64,000 nt of DNA from Comamonadaceae bacterium (GTDB lineage: Bacteria; Pseudomonadota; Gammaproteobacteria; Burkholderiales; Burkholderiaceae_C): the NCBI GenBank assembly GCA_947461325.1, contig CANHLD010000001.1, positions 1,591-65,590 of the forward strand, given 5' to 3'. The translations under genes and the position numbers were made by a program. The notes under the pieces were generated by a model. It was not told where the DNA came from. It ran no database searches and was given only the letters and a program-made list of their open reading frames with translations. Position 1 is the stretch's first letter. Each line of letters begins with the position of its first letter. Shown in pieces: positions 44,204-56,356 of the stretch.

Positions 44204-44992
44204 TCACTTATTCCAGTGAGGCTTGCGCTTATCCAAAAAGGCTTGAAACCCTTCTTGAGCAGTTTCATCCATCATGTTGCAAGCCATGGTTTGTTCTGCT
44301 AATTGGTAAGCCGCAGAAATACCCATTTCAAGCTGCTTGTAAAAAAGTTGTTTTCCCATGCGAACCGCCGGCTCCGGTTTAGCCAGGATCTTCTGACATA
44401 AATTCAATACTGTTTCTTCTAGTTTGTCATCTTCAACGCACTGATTAATCAGTCCTCTTTGCACGGCAGTTGGCGCGTCAATAAAGTCGCCGGTCAACAG
44501 CATTTCCATGGCTTGTTTGCGATGCATGTTTCTACTCAAACCAACACTTGGAGTTGAACAAAATAATCCGTAATTGATGCCTGAGACCGCAAATTTTGAA
44601 GAATGAGAAGCTACGGCTAAGTCGCACATGCTAACCAATTGACATCCCGCCGCAGTAGCAATGCCCTGTACTTGGGCGATGACTGGTTGGGCTAAGCTTT
44701 GAATCTGCAGCATCATTTGTGAGCATTGCCGGAATAACTCAGTATAAAAACCATGATCCGGATGAAGCCGCATTTCTTTCAAATCATGGCCAGCGGAAAA
44801 GGCTTTCCCCTGTGCCGCCAATATAACTACCCGGCAGTCGGTATTCTTTGAAATATTATTGAACGCATGCGTTAACTCATTCAGCATATTTTGGGATAAG
44901 GCATTGAAACTTGCAGGATTATTCAGAACAAGTCTCACAATACCTGTGGCAGGAGTCTCCTCTATCACCAACCGTTGGTTTTCTGAGTCCAT
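44204..44992 (-). CDS. enoyl-CoA hydratase/crotonase family protein
   Basis: AFSAGHDLKEM, ATAAGCQLV..CDL, GLFCSTP, EMLLTG. Confidence 0.9.
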   Translation of the reverse strand: MDSENQRLVIEETPATGIVRLVLNNPASFNALSQNMLNELTHAFNNISKNTDCRVVILAAQGKAFSAGHDLKEMRLHPDHGFYTELFRQCSQMMLQIQSLAQPVIAQVQGIATAAGCQLVSMCDLAVASHSSKFAVSGINYGLFCSTPSVGLSRNMHRKQAMEMLLTGDFIDAPTAVQRGLINQCVEDDKLEETVLNLCQKILAKPEPAVRMGKQLFYKQLEMGISAAYQLAEQTMACNMMDETAQEGFQAFLDKRKPHWNK

Positions 44993-45022
44993 ATCCTCTC
45001 CTCTTCAATCTTTAGCTAGACT

Positions 45023-45778
45023 GTGTGTATTGTGAAACATACGCCCCATCTCATTCAGTTATCTGCGGATGATCCTCTGCCGGATCCCCATTCAGCCTGG
45101 GGCAGTGACACTGTAGCACCTGGGTTGTTAGCCATTGGCGGTGGCTTGTCTGTTGACAGATTACTGCAGGCCTATGGTCAAGGCTGTTTCCCTTGGTACA
45201 GCGAGGGTCAGCCCATCATGTGGTGGTTTACAGATCCGCGCATGGTGCTTCAGGTCAACCATTTCCGTCTACATCATTCTTTGCGCAAGATATTGACAAA
45301 TCTTTTAAAGCTTCAAAGACTAGAGATCAGGATTGATCAAAGTTTTGCTCGCGTGATCCAAGAATGCGCACAATCAAACCGGCAAGGGCAATCAGGTACT
45401 TGGATAGTCAAGGAGATGATCGAGGCCTATATAAAACTGCACCAACAAGGCTATGCCCATAGCGTTGAGGCATGGATTGATGGACAACTTGCAGGCGGTT
45501 TGTATTGCGTGTCCATCGGACGTGCTGTTTTTGGTGAGTCTATGTTCACTCATCAAACAAATGCTTCCAAATTGGCGCTGGCTGGTTTGGTTGCTTTGTG
45601 CCGCGCTCAGCAGGCAGATTGGATTGATTGCCAGCAAAATACACAGCACCTATCTAGCTTGGGTGCAACTGAAATTCCTAAACAACAATTTTTAGCAGAT
45701 ATATCCCATGCAAGCCGAATGGGTTCAATGGTGTGGGAATTTGAACCTATATACTGGAACCACATTTTGCAGAGATAG
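45023..45778 (+). CDS. aat: leucyl/phenylalanyl-tRNA-protein transferase
   Basis: GLLAIGG.L, FPWY, GTWI, AHSVE, GGLY, FGESMF, NASK, IDCQ. Confidence 0.94.
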   Translation: MCIVKHTPHLIQLSADDPLPDPHSAWGSDTVAPGLLAIGGGLSVDRLLQAYGQGCFPWYSEGQPIMWWFTDPRMVLQVNHFRLHHSLRKILTNLLKLQRLEIRIDQSFARVIQECAQSNRQGQSGTWIVKEMIEAYIKLHQQGYAHSVEAWIDGQLAGGLYCVSIGRAVFGESMFTHQTNASKLALAGLVALCRAQQADWIDCQQNTQHLSSLGATEIPKQQFLADISHASRMGSMVWEFEPIYWNHILQR

Positions 45779-45786
45779 ATCTGAAC

Positions 45787-46518
45787 GTGACGCATTTAAA
45801 AGATTTACCACTTCAATCTTTACAGTTTTATGCGACTGCGCCCTACCCTTGCAGTTATTTAGACCATCGGGAAGCCAGATCACAAGTCGCAACACCCAGT
45901 CACCTCATTCACAATGACACCTATTCTGAATTGGTTGCAAAGGGGTTTAGGCGTAGCGGCATGTTTACTTACCGCCCCTATTGCGATGGCTGCAAAGCTT
46001 GTGTCCCGCTTCGAATCAATGTCAACACATTCCAACCAAATCGAAGTCAAAAAAGGACTCATAAAAACCATTGTCAACTTGAAATACATATTTCTGATCT
46101 GGCATACATTCCTGAACATTACGATTTATATCTCAAGTACCAAAATGGCAGGCATTCCGGCGGCGGGATGGATCAAGACAGCGTTGACCAATACACCCAA
46201 TTTTTGCTGCAGACCCGAGTAAATTCCAGATTGGTTGAATTTCGACTTCCAGCCTCACAGATCGGTGTGCCGGGTAAATTACTGATGGTCAGTATTTTGG
46301 ATGTACTTAACGATGGCATCTCAGCTGTTTATACTTTTTATGAACCTGACTTCAAAATGGGGCTTGGTACTTTTTGTATCTTGTGGCAAATAGAACAAGC
46401 GCGTTTACTTGGACTTGATTATTTATACATGGGATATTGGATCAAAGAGAGTCCCAAAATGGATTACAAATCTTTGTTCAAACCGCACCAACTCCTGATA
46501 GATGGCGTTTGGCAATAA
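45787..46518 (+). CDS. bpt: arginyl/Asp-Glu leucyl-tRNA-protein transferase (Bpt/ATE-like)
   Basis: PCSYL, GFRRSG, YRPYC..C.AC, SAVYTFY, LGT, YMGYWI...KM.YK. Confidence 0.9.
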   Translation: MTHLKDLPLQSLQFYATAPYPCSYLDHREARSQVATPSHLIHNDTYSELVAKGFRRSGMFTYRPYCDGCKACVPLRINVNTFQPNRSQKRTHKNHCQLEIHISDLAYIPEHYDLYLKYQNGRHSGGGMDQDSVDQYTQFLLQTRVNSRLVEFRLPASQIGVPGKLLMVSILDVLNDGISAVYTFYEPDFKMGLGTFCILWQIEQARLLGLDYLYMGYWIKESPKMDYKSLFKPHQLLIDGVWQ

Positions 46519-46547
46519 GCCTGGCCACCAAGACTTAAAATCTCGCC

Positions 46548-47327
46548 ATGCGAAAAAATAATTCAGATGCTGTTCAAACGCCTTCAATCCAGGTCCTAGA
46601 GAGAATGTTCTCACTCATGGATGTCTTGGCCGCCAAAGAAGGTATTGCCACGCTCAAAGAGATCAGTGAGAAAACTAAACTCCACCCGTCCACCACACAC
46701 AGAATACTGAATGACTTGGTTGCAGGCAGGTATGTTGATAGACCTGATCCTGGCCATTACCGCCTCGGAATGCGTCTGCTGGAATTAGGAAATTTTGTAA
46801 AAGCAAGATTGAATGTGCGTGACGCGGCTTTGGCACCCATGCGCGAACTTCACCAACTGATTCATCAACCAGTCAATTTAAGCGTCCGGCAAGCAGATGA
46901 AATTGTTTATGTAGAACGCGCCTACAGCGAGCGCTCTGGAATGCAAGTGGTTCGCGCTATTGGTGGAAGAGCCCCGTTGCATTTGACTTCTGTTGGAAAG
47001 CTCTTTCTTGCTGCGGATGAACCCGTCAAAGTGCGCGCCTATGCCACCAAGACTGGCTTGTCTGGTCATACTAAAAACAGCATCACACAATTACAAGTAT
47101 TAGAAAAAGAGTTGGCCAGAGTCAGGCAGCATGGCTTTGCCCGTGACAATGAGGAGTTGGAATTAGGTGTTCGTTGTATGGCTGCTGGTATTTACGATGA
47201 CCAAGCCAAATTGATTGCCGGTTTATCTATTTCAGCACCTGCTGATCGTCTGGATGATGCCTGGTTACCCAAACTTCAAGACACGGCCAAACTCATTTCT
47301 ACATCGCTGGGATTTGTCAGTTACTGA
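46548..47327 (+). CDS. IclR family transcriptional regulator
   Basis: HTH LHPSTTHRIL, YRLG, PLHLTSVGK, DNEELELGVRC. Confidence 0.93.
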   Translation: MRKNNSDAVQTPSIQVLERMFSLMDVLAAKEGIATLKEISEKTKLHPSTTHRILNDLVAGRYVDRPDPGHYRLGMRLLELGNFVKARLNVRDAALAPMRELHQLIHQPVNLSVRQADEIVYVERAYSERSGMQVVRAIGGRAPLHLTSVGKLFLAADEPVKVRAYATKTGLSGHTKNSITQLQVLEKELARVRQHGFARDNEELELGVRCMAAGIYDDQAKLIAGLSISAPADRLDDAWLPKLQDTAKLISTSLGFVSY

Positions 47328-47341
47328 ATGAATTTAATCGT

Positions 47342-47372
47342 GGTTTGTTCATTCGTTAAGAATGAACGAACC
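47342..47372. terminator. hairpin between convergent iclR and pbpG (likely bidirectional terminator)
   Basis: GGTTTGTTCATTC-GTTAA-GAATGAACGAACC. Confidence 0.6.
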
Positions 47373-48347
47373 TTAAGTTTGCGGAACGGCAGGATGGCGC
47401 ATTTCAACCCATCGACGAACCCGTTCAGCATCTGCAATTCGACTGAATTTACCCGCTGAATCTAAAAATACCATCACCAGTTTTCGTCCCGCAACTTTGG
47501 CTTGCATGACCAGACACTGTCCAGCTTCAGAGATGTATCCGGTTTTTTGTAAATCGATATCCCATTGGGGATTACTGACCAATCGGTTGGTTGATTTGTA
47601 ATTTAAGGTTTTTCGTCCGACTTCCACCGCAGTACTTACGGATGTAGTGAGCTCGCGCATGGTTGAGTCGTTGGCGGCATAGGCCACCAGCGTGGCTAAA
47701 TCTTTGGCGCTGGATTGATTTTTACTGGACAGGCCAGTGGGTTCTGCATAATTGGTGTCAGTCATACCCAATTGACGAGCTTTTGAATTCATCTGCTGAA
47801 CAAAGGCGTTCAACCCTTGCGGGTATGTGCGTCCCAATGCATGGGCAGCACGGTTTTCGCTGGCCATGAGAGCCAGATGAAGCAACTCACCACGTGTCAA
47901 GGTTGTACCAGGGCGCAAACGTGAACTGCTGCCTTTCTCTGTGTCAACATCTTCATGCGAGATGGTGATGGGCTCATCCATCATGAGATTGGATTCACGA
48001 ATGATCAGTCCTGTCATCAATTTGGTAATAGAGGCGATAGGTAACACAGCATTGTCGTTTTTGCTGAGCAATACTTCTTGTGTATCTTGATCAATCACAT
48101 AAGCCACGCTGGACTTCAAGGACAACTCATCATCCAAAGCATGAAGACCCGCAATCTGCCCAAACGATGGTCTTTTGGGCGCCACATAACGTGACCGTAC
48201 TGAGCTAGATTTTTTTCTGGCACTTGCAATTTTCGTCACCGTTTTTTTGGATGCAGCGGTTTGAACACGTGCAAAAGTTACAGTTGAAAAACTTGCCATA
48301 CAAAAAGCAATCGTTAATGAGATCAGCGCAGTACGTATATTTTTCAA
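47373..48347 (-). CDS. pbpG: D-alanyl-D-alanine endopeptidase (PBP7, peptidase S11)
   Basis: SITK, SEN and KTG motifs; start placed at the TTG after an AAGGA SD. Confidence 0.88.
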   Translation of the reverse strand: MKNIRTALISLTIAFCMASFSTVTFARVQTAASKKTVTKIASARKKSSSVRSRYVAPKRPSFGQIAGLHALDDELSLKSSVAYVIDQDTQEVLLSKNDNAVLPIASITKLMTGLIIRESNLMMDEPITISHEDVDTEKGSSSRLRPGTTLTRGELLHLALMASENRAAHALGRTYPQGLNAFVQQMNSKARQLGMTDTNYAEPTGLSSKNQSSAKDLATLVAYAANDSTMRELTTSVSTAVEVGRKTLNYKSTNRLVSNPQWDIDLQKTGYISEAGQCLVMQAKVAGRKLVMVFLDSAGKFSRIADAERVRRWVEMRHPAVPQT

Positions 48348-48483
48348 AAGTTTGTCCTTGTCTATTTTTGACAATATGTACAACAGTTTAAGGCTAATTG
48401 AAAAATCTGGCAATATCAAAGACTTGCATGTCATTTCTAAAGCACATATTTATTTAAATTAACCCTAAATAATTAAATTCCGG

Positions 48484-50022
48484 TTATCCTTGGGCCGCCA
48501 CCCTCTCGGCTTTACTTTGAAGTTTGTTTAATGCGCTGAGATAGGCTTTAGCGGATGCAACCACAATATCTGGATCTGAACCTACCCCGTTGACGATACG
48601 TCCGTTGTTTTGCAGTCGAACCGTGACCTCGCCTTGGCTTTCTGTCGAACCACTGATGGCATTGACCGAATACAAGACCATTTCCGCGCCGCTTTGCACA
48701 TGCTTTTCAATTGCTTTGAGCGAAGCATCGACGGGGCCGTTCCCAACTGATTCACATGAGACTTCTTTGCCTGAATCTGTAAAAACAATGGAAGCAAAGG
48801 GTTGCTCACCTGTTTCGCTGCGTTGAGACAGTTTCACAAAAGTAAATACGTCACTCTCATGTGACACGCTTTCTTCGCTGACGAGGGCAAGTATGTCTTC
48901 ATCGAAAATTTCACTTTTTCGGTCAGCCAATTCCTTGAAGCGAGCAAATGCAGCATTCGTTTCGGCTTCGCTTTCGAGTTCAACACCCAAATCTTGCAAG
49001 CGTTGTTTGAACGCATTGCGACCACTCAATTTACCAAGCACAATTTTGTTTGCGCTCCAACCTACATCCTCAGCACGCATGATTTCATAGGTGTCGCGCG
49101 CCTTCAACACACCATCTTGGTGAATGCCAGAAGCATGAGCAAATGCATTGGCTCCAACCACGGCCTTGTTGGGTTGCACCACAAAGCCTGTGGTCTGACT
49201 GACCATGCGACTGGCCGCCAAAATATGTTGAGTCTCGATGCCCAAAGTCAGACCGAAATAATCTTTGCGCGTTTTCACGGCCATCACAATTTCTTCTAAA
49301 GAGCAGTTGCCAGCGCGCTCCCCCAAACCGTTGATGGTGCATTCAACCTGCCTTGCGCCGCCAATTTGCACGCCGGCCAGAGAATTGGCAACGGCCATGC
49401 CGAGATCGTTGTGGCAATGCACAGACCAAATGGCTTTGTCTGAATTGGGAATACGTTCCCGCAATGTTTTGATGAAGTTACCGTACAACTCTGGTACGGC
49501 ATAACCCACTGTGTCCGGCACGTTAATGGTGGTTGCGCCTTCGGCAATCACAGCTTCAAGCACGCGACATAAAAAGTCCACATCGCTGCGATAACCATCT
49601 TCAGGGCTGAATTCAACATCAGCCACCAAGTTACGCGCAAAACGCACAGATTGTTTGGCTTGCTCAAACACCTGATCCGGCGTCATTCGCAGTTTTTTCT
49701 CCATGTGCAAAGCAGAAGTCGCAATGAAGGTGTGTATGCGGGAACGCTTAGCACCTTTGAGCGCTTCAGCGGCACGGGAAATATCCCGGTCATTGGCGCG
49801 TGACAAGGAACAAACTATGGACTCGGTGATGGCATTGGCAATAGCTTTAACGGCCTGAAAATCACCTTCTGAACTGGCAGCAAAACCAGCCTCAATCACG
49901 TCCACTCGCAATCTTTCCAACTGTCTGGCGATACGTAATTTTTCGTCCCGCGTCATGGACGCACCTGGAGATTGCTCGCCATCGCGCAAAGTGGTGTCAA
50001 AAATTATCAAATGGTTGTTCAT
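48484..50022 (-). CDS. leuA: 2-isopropylmalate synthase
   Basis: [36 protein letters not shown] regulatory domain. Confidence 0.98.
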   Translation of the reverse strand: MNNHLIIFDTTLRDGEQSPGASMTRDEKLRIARQLERLRVDVIEAGFAASSEGDFQAVKAIANAITESIVCSLSRANDRDISRAAEALKGAKRSRIHTFIATSALHMEKKLRMTPDQVFEQAKQSVRFARNLVADVEFSPEDGYRSDVDFLCRVLEAVIAEGATTINVPDTVGYAVPELYGNFIKTLRERIPNSDKAIWSVHCHNDLGMAVANSLAGVQIGGARQVECTINGLGERAGNCSLEEIVMAVKTRKDYFGLTLGIETQHILAASRMVSQTTGFVVQPNKAVVGANAFAHASGIHQDGVLKARDTYEIMRAEDVGWSANKIVLGKLSGRNAFKQRLQDLGVELESEAETNAAFARFKELADRKSEIFDEDILALVSEESVSHESDVFTFVKLSQRSETGEQPFASIVFTDSGKEVSCESVGNGPVDASLKAIEKHVQSGAEMVLYSVNAISGSTESQGEVTVRLQNNGRIVNGVGSDPDIVVASAKAYLSALNKLQSKAERVAAQG

Positions 50023-50068
50023 GAATCAACTCCTGTGAATTAAAGAACCGCCGCTCCCGCAAGCCACC

Positions 50069-50104
50069 AAAACAAAAGGCCCGATGCGAAAGCATACGGG
50101 CCTT
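50069..50104 (-). terminator. attenuator terminator of the leuA leader
   Basis: AAGGCCCG-T-ATGC-TTTC-GCAT-CGGGCCTT followed by TTGTTTT. Confidence 0.8.
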
Positions 50105-50123
50105 GAAAATAATCGCGCAAGCG

Positions 50124-50177
50124 TTACTGTCTGGGCCCGAAGAAGCCTAGTAGCAGCAGGTTTTGCAGATTGGTCAT
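50124..50177 (-). CDS. leuL: leucine attenuator leader peptide MTNLQNLLLLGFFGPRQ
   Basis: 17 codons with tandem CTG CTG CTA CTA, upstream of the terminator and leuA. Confidence 0.82.
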   Translation of the reverse strand: MTNLQNLLLLGFFGPRQ

Positions 50178-50223
50178 GAATGAACTGTAGCATAAAGAAA
50201 ATAGTCCGCGATTACCGGATTTC

Positions 50224-51027
50224 TTAATGCAGCCCTTTCTCGTCCGGTTCATCCGTCGAGGTGCTGATGACGCTGGTAGGTAAACCTTTGGCTCGCCGCC
50301 ATGCATAAACCACATAGCCACTGAACGCATAGGCAAAAAACAAAGCGAATAAAACGATGGGTGGATGAATATTGATGACCGCGATCACAAGTGCAATAGA
50401 AACAATGACAGCGAAAGGCACACTCTTTCGCATTTGAAAATCTTTGAAGCTGTAGAAAGGAACATTGCTCACCATGGTCAGACCTGCATACAAACAAAAT
50501 GCAAAACAAACCCAAGCCATATCTGATTTGACAATTTCAAGTACGGTTACCAGCCAAACAAAGCCCATGACAAAAGCAGCTGCGGCTGGAGAAGGCAAGC
50601 CTTGAAAAAATCTCTTGTCAACTACGGTTGTATTGACATTGAATCTTGCCAAACGCAATGCAGCACATGCGCAGTAAACAAATGCAGCAAACCAACCCCA
50701 TCGACCTAGGTCATTTAATACCCAGACGTAAGTGATCAATGCTGGTGCTGCACCGAAAGACACCATGTCGGCAAGTGAATCCATCTGAGCACCAAATGCA
50801 GACTGAGTGTTCGTCATTCGTGCGACTCGACCATCCAAACTGTCCAAAACCATGGAAGTGAACACGCCTATGGCAGCTGCTTCAAACTGGTTGTTGATGG
50901 CCATCACGATGGCATAAAAGCCGCCGAACAATGCCGCCAGCGTGAATAAATTCGGCAGCACATAAATGCCTTTTCGCAGGCGGCTCGGTGTTTCTTCGTT
51001 AAGTTCGCTGGGTTCTTGCTGGTTCAT
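50224..51027 (-). CDS. pssA: CDP-diacylglycerol-serine O-phosphatidyltransferase
   Basis: LPNLFT, DSLDGRVAR...FGAQMDSLAD, LRLARFN, FQGLPSP. Confidence 0.95.
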   Translation of the reverse strand: MNQQEPSELNEETPSRLRKGIYVLPNLFTLAALFGGFYAIVMAINNQFEAAAIGVFTSMVLDSLDGRVARMTNTQSAFGAQMDSLADMVSFGAAPALITYVWVLNDLGRWGWFAAFVYCACAALRLARFNVNTTVVDKRFFQGLPSPAAAAFVMGFVWLVTVLEIVKSDMAWVCFAFCLYAGLTMVSNVPFYSFKDFQMRKSVPFAVIVSIALVIAVINIHPPIVLFALFFAYAFSGYVVYAWRRAKGLPTSVISTSTDEPDEKGLH

Positions 51028-51031
51028 GGGT

Positions 51032-51678
51032 TCACAGTGTAGCCAACACAGTGCTGGTAGCTGAAACCACATCGCCAGGGGCGACGCGCACAACTGCAGT
51101 CAATGGCAGGTAAACGTCAACACGAGAACCAAATCGAATGAAGCCATAGCGTTGACCTTTTTCCAATGCGTCGCCGGGATGCACATAGCAAAGAATTCTT
51201 CGAGCAATCAGGCCAGCCACTTGAACCAACGTCACTACATGATGCTCGCCATTGACATCGGCGTCAATGATGACAGCATTGCGTTCATTTTCATTGGATG
51301 CTTTGTCTAGGTCAGCGTTGACAAATAAGCCGGGGAAATAATGAACTGCCCGAACCCTGCCATTCACGCTTGCGCGGTTACTGTGGACGTTGAATACGTT
51401 CATGAAAACGCTGACCAGCAAGGCATCACGATCGGCATACGGATCTCGAACTTTTTCAATTTTGACAATGCGTCCGTCTGCAGGTGACAGCACTGCATTC
51501 GCCAGGTCAGGTATGGCGCGAGGTGGATCGCGGAAAAATTGAATGACAAATACCAGCACGATATACGCTGGTATTGCAACTTTCCAACTCCAAACCAGGG
51601 TCAGAATCAGAGACAGTACAAAGGCCAGCCCAATAAAGGGCCAGCCTTCTCGCGCCAATAAAGGGTGCGGGTATTTCA

Positions 51679-51679
<1 letters not shown>
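51032..51679 (-). CDS. psd: phosphatidylserine decarboxylase
   Basis: [29 protein letters not shown] cleavage motif. Confidence 0.95.
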
Positions 51680-52722
<1,043 letters not shown>

Positions 52723-53214
52723 TCAAACCCGCAACACACGTTCACCGCGGCCAATGCCGCTGGCGCCGGTGCGCACTGTTTCCAAAATAGCGCTGCGCTC
52801 GATAGCTTCCAAAAAAGCGTCGTTCTTAGACACATCGCCAGTCAACTCAATGGTGTAACTTTTATCGGTCACATCGATGATGCGGCCTCTGAAAATGTCT
52901 GCCATGCGTTTCATTTCTTCGCGCTCTTTGCCGACCGCACGAACCTTGACCATCATCAGTTCGCGCTCGGTGTAGGCACCTTCGGTCAGGTCTACGACTT
53001 TGACCACTTCGATCAATCGGTTCAAGTGTTTAGTGATTTGCTCGATCACGTCGTCCGAGCCTGAAGTCTGCAAAGTCATGCGGGACAAACTAGGGTCTTC
53101 AGTCGGCGCTACGGTCAATGATTCGATGTTGTATCCGCGTGCAGAGAACAAACCAACGACCCGAGATAAAGCGCCGGGTTCGTTTTCTAACAATACTGCA
53201 ATGATGTGTTTCAT
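52723..53214 (-). CDS. ilvN: acetolactate synthase small subunit
   Basis: ENEPGALSRV, RGYNIESL, ERELM. Confidence 0.97.
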   Translation of the reverse strand: MKHIIAVLLENEPGALSRVVGLFSARGYNIESLTVAPTEDPSLSRMTLQTSGSDDVIEQITKHLNRLIEVVKVVDLTEGAYTERELMMVKVRAVGKEREEMKRMADIFRGRIIDVTDKSYTIELTGDVSKNDAFLEAIERSAILETVRTGASGIGRGERVLRV

Positions 53215-53305
53215 GGGTGTGGATTCCTCTTTTCGCCGCCCTCCCCGCCAAGCGGTAACTTAGCGGCTCGACGGACAATAGATTCGTCAAAAAGTTAAGT
53301 TTGGA
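53215..53305 (-). ncRNA. structured ilvB-ilvN intergenic RNA (ilvH-motif-like)
   Basis: GACGAATCTATT...CCGCTAAG-TTACCG-CTTGGCGG-GGAGGGCGGCGAAAAGAGG; GC-rich hairpin upstream of the small subunit, where the betaproteobacterial ilvH motif is found. Confidence 0.5.
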
Positions 53306-55087
53306 TTAAAGGTCTTCGCTACCGAGAAGCATTTCTGTGATGCCCTTACCAGCTTGCACCATGGGGAAAACGTTTTCAGTTTGATCTGTACGGAAATCCA
53401 TGAATACGGTTCTGTCCTTGAGCTTTCTGGCTTCACGCAATGCAGGCTCGACGTCTTGTGGACGCTCAATCAGCATGCCAACGTGACCATAGGCCTCTGC
53501 AAGTTTGACGAAGTCAGGCAAAGCGTCCATGTAGCTGTGGCTGTAACGGCCTTCGTATTCGACTTCCTGCCACTGCCGCACCATGCCGAGATAGCGGTTG
53601 TTCAAAGAGAGAATTTTGATGGGCGTGTTGTACTGAAGGCAAGTAGATAACTCTTGAATACACATTTGCACAGAGCCTTCACCGGTGACGCAATACACCT
53701 CGCTCTCGGGCTTAGCCAGTTTGATGCCCATGGCGTAGGGGATGCCCACGCCCATGGTGCCCAAACCGCCGGAGTTGATCCAACGACGAGGTTGGTCAAA
53801 ACGGTAATACTGCGCTGCCCACATCTGGTGCTGACCCACATCAGATGTGACGTACGCGTCTGCATCTTTGGTCATGTTCCACAATGTTTCAATCACATAC
53901 TGAGGCTTGATGACTTCGGTGTTATGACGGTCGTATTTCAGACAATCACGCGAGCGCCATGCTTCAATCGTTTCCCACCAAGCGGCCAATGATTTGGCGT
54001 CAGGTTTGGTGGGTGTTTCATTCAACATGCCGATCATCTCGGTCAACACATCTTTGACATCGCCAACAATAGGAATATCCACCTTGACGCGCTTGGAAAT
54101 GCTGGAAGGATCAATATCTATGTGAATAATCTTGCGTTCGTTTTGAGCAAAGTGTTTGGGGTTGCCAATGACACGGTCATCGAAACGTGCGCCGACGGCC
54201 AACAGCACATCGCAGTTTTGCATGGCGTTATTGGCTTCCACCGTGCCGTGCATGCCCAACATGCCCAGGAATTTGCGGTCGCTGGCCGGATAAGCACCCA
54301 AGCCCATCAAGGTGTTGGTGCAAGGGAAACCAAGCATATCTACCAGCTTGCGCAGCTCAGCAGATGCTTCACTCATCAACACACCGCCGCCAGTGTAAAT
54401 AAAAGGTCGTTTGGCAGTCAGCAACAATTGCAAAGCTTTGCGAATTTGACCTGAATGGCCTTTGCGAACTGGGTTGTAAGAACGCATCTCCACCGTGTCC
54501 GGATAACCGGCATACATGGTTTTCTTGAAAGACACATCCTTGGGAATATCTACTACAACGGGACCAGGTCTTCCGCTGCGAGCAATATGAAATGCCTTTT
54601 TAAGGATGTCCACCATGTCGCGCACATCTTTTACCAAGAAATTGTGTTTGACGATCGGCCGAGTAATACCTACCGTGTCGCATTCTTGGAAAGCATCAAG
54701 ACCAATGGCGTGCGTGGGCACTTGTCCGGTGATGATCACCATGGGAATACTGTCCATGTAGGCGGTGGCGATACCTGTGATGGCATTGGTTACACCGGGA
54801 CCGGACGTGACAAGTGCAACGCCTACATCACCGGTTGCACGGGCGTAACCATCAGCCGCGTGAACGGCAGCTTGCTCATGGCGCACTAATACGTGTTGAA
54901 TGGTTTCTTGCTTGTACAGAGCATCATAAATATGCAGGACCGCTCCGCCAGGGTAACCCCATACATATTTGACGTTTTCGGCTTGCAGGGCTTTGACCAG
55001 AATATCTGATCCGTTGATTTCAATCGCAGCTTGATTAAGTTGACTGGCAACCACCGCCGACTGCAGTTCAGCTTTGGAAATTTCCAT
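53306..55087 (-). CDS. ilvB: acetolactate synthase large subunit
   Basis: [34 protein letters not shown]. Confidence 0.97.
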   Translation of the reverse strand: MEISKAELQSAVVASQLNQAAIEINGSDILVKALQAENVKYVWGYPGGAVLHIYDALYKQETIQHVLVRHEQAAVHAADGYARATGDVGVALVTSGPGVTNAITGIATAYMDSIPMVIITGQVPTHAIGLDAFQECDTVGITRPIVKHNFLVKDVRDMVDILKKAFHIARSGRPGPVVVDIPKDVSFKKTMYAGYPDTVEMRSYNPVRKGHSGQIRKALQLLLTAKRPFIYTGGGVLMSEASAELRKLVDMLGFPCTNTLMGLGAYPASDRKFLGMLGMHGTVEANNAMQNCDVLLAVGARFDDRVIGNPKHFAQNERKIIHIDIDPSSISKRVKVDIPIVGDVKDVLTEMIGMLNETPTKPDAKSLAAWWETIEAWRSRDCLKYDRHNTEVIKPQYVIETLWNMTKDADAYVTSDVGQHQMWAAQYYRFDQPRRWINSGGLGTMGVGIPYAMGIKLAKPESEVYCVTGEGSVQMCIQELSTCLQYNTPIKILSLNNRYLGMVRQWQEVEYEGRYSHSYMDALPDFVKLAEAYGHVGMLIERPQDVEPALREARKLKDRTVFMDFRTDQTENVFPMVQAGKGITEMLLGSEDL

Positions 55088-55352
55088 GGAGTAAAACCTT
55101 TGTGAATTTCGTAGACGAAAAACCCAGGGTGCCTTTTTGCTACTTCTTTTGAAAGCGCATCAAGACTTTGGATACCAAGCCATAAGCGTTTAACACCAAG
55201 CTCGGACCCTTTTCTTGGGACAGCTTTGGATTATGACATTATTTACTAATGGTTATTGCTAATGACGAGAGATGCATTTGTCAATGACATAATCAACCTC
55301 GCTCTTCCACTGCCCTATTTGATTCACTTGCGCAAACTCTTGATCCATTCCT

Positions 55353-55919
55353 TTGGCCTCCGATAAAGAACTATCAGATTTTCTTGTGAACGTTGAAAAA
55401 CGTGCTTTCAAGCGATCTCTCTACCATGTGCGCAATGAGGATGCGGCGCTAGATATTGTCCAAGACAGCATGATGAAACTGGTAGAACATTATGCTGACA
55501 AACCGATTGAAGAGCTGCCGATGTTGTTCCAACGAATTTTGTCCAACACCACTTTGGATTGGTTCAGACGGCAAAAAACCCGAAACGCCTTATTCAGCAA
55601 TTACAACGATTTTGGAGACTCCAGTGAATCAGAAAGTTTTGATTTTTTAGAAATCTCTCATTCTGAAAATGATTCGCAAGCCAGTGAAAGCGCCCAAGAC
55701 CTGTTTTCCCGCACTGAAACAGTGCATGAAATCGAGTCAGAGATACAAAAACTGCCCGGTCGTCAACGCGAAGCCTTCCTTCTGCGTTATTGGGAGGAGT
55801 TGGATGTAGCTGAAACGGCCGCAGCTATGGGATGCTCTGAGGGAAGTGTTAAAACCCATTGTTCCAGAGCTATTCAGGCTTTACACAAAGCACTGATCGC
55901 CAAAGGATTTAAACCATGA
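55353..55919 (+). CDS. ECF-type RNA polymerase sigma factor
   Basis: Region 2 DIVQDSM...DWFRR; region 4 LPGRQREAFLLRY...MGCSEGSVKTHCSRA. Confidence 0.92.
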   Translation: MASDKELSDFLVNVEKRAFKRSLYHVRNEDAALDIVQDSMMKLVEHYADKPIEELPMLFQRILSNTTLDWFRRQKTRNALFSNYNDFGDSSESESFDFLEISHSENDSQASESAQDLFSRTETVHEIESEIQKLPGRQREAFLLRYWEELDVAETAAAMGCSEGSVKTHCSRAIQALHKALIAKGFKP

Positions 55920-56356
55920 AAACGACAATCCATCATCAAGGTCCAGAAGAACATTTCGGACAATTTATCGTTTCCCACCTAGAACTGGGCAAGCAACAAA
56001 TTCCGTATGAATTTTCAGAACGCTTGCGTGCTGCCCGCATACGTGCACTGGCCTCACGTCGTGTACTTCAGCCTGTCTTAGTGGCAGCAACCGACCCATA
56101 TTTACAAGCTGATGGCTCTGTCAGAATGCCTTTTCCCTCTAAGGCAAAAGAAATCTACAACATGTTTGTATCGTTCATACCCTTAGTCTGTCTTGCAGCA
56201 GGTTTGATGTTGCTGTACGACTTTCACAATGACGAGTCAGCCATGGAATTAGCCGAAATTGATTCAGCACTGCTCATAGATGATTTACCGCCTCAAGCCT
56301 ATGCTGATCCAGCATTCATGGATTTCCTGAAAATCAAAAACAAGCAAAAAGATTGA
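55916..56356 (+). CDS. DUF3619-like single-TM protein (putative anti-sigma)
   Basis: ERLRAARIRAL, one TM helix, LLIDDLPPQAYAD; coupled to the sigma gene. Confidence 0.75.
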   Translation: MKTTIHHQGPEEHFGQFIVSHLELGKQQIPYEFSERLRAARIRALASRRVLQPVLVAATDPYLQADGSVRMPFPSKAKEIYNMFVSFIPLVCLAAGLMLLYDFHNDESAMELAEIDSALLIDDLPPQAYADPAFMDFLKIKNKQKD

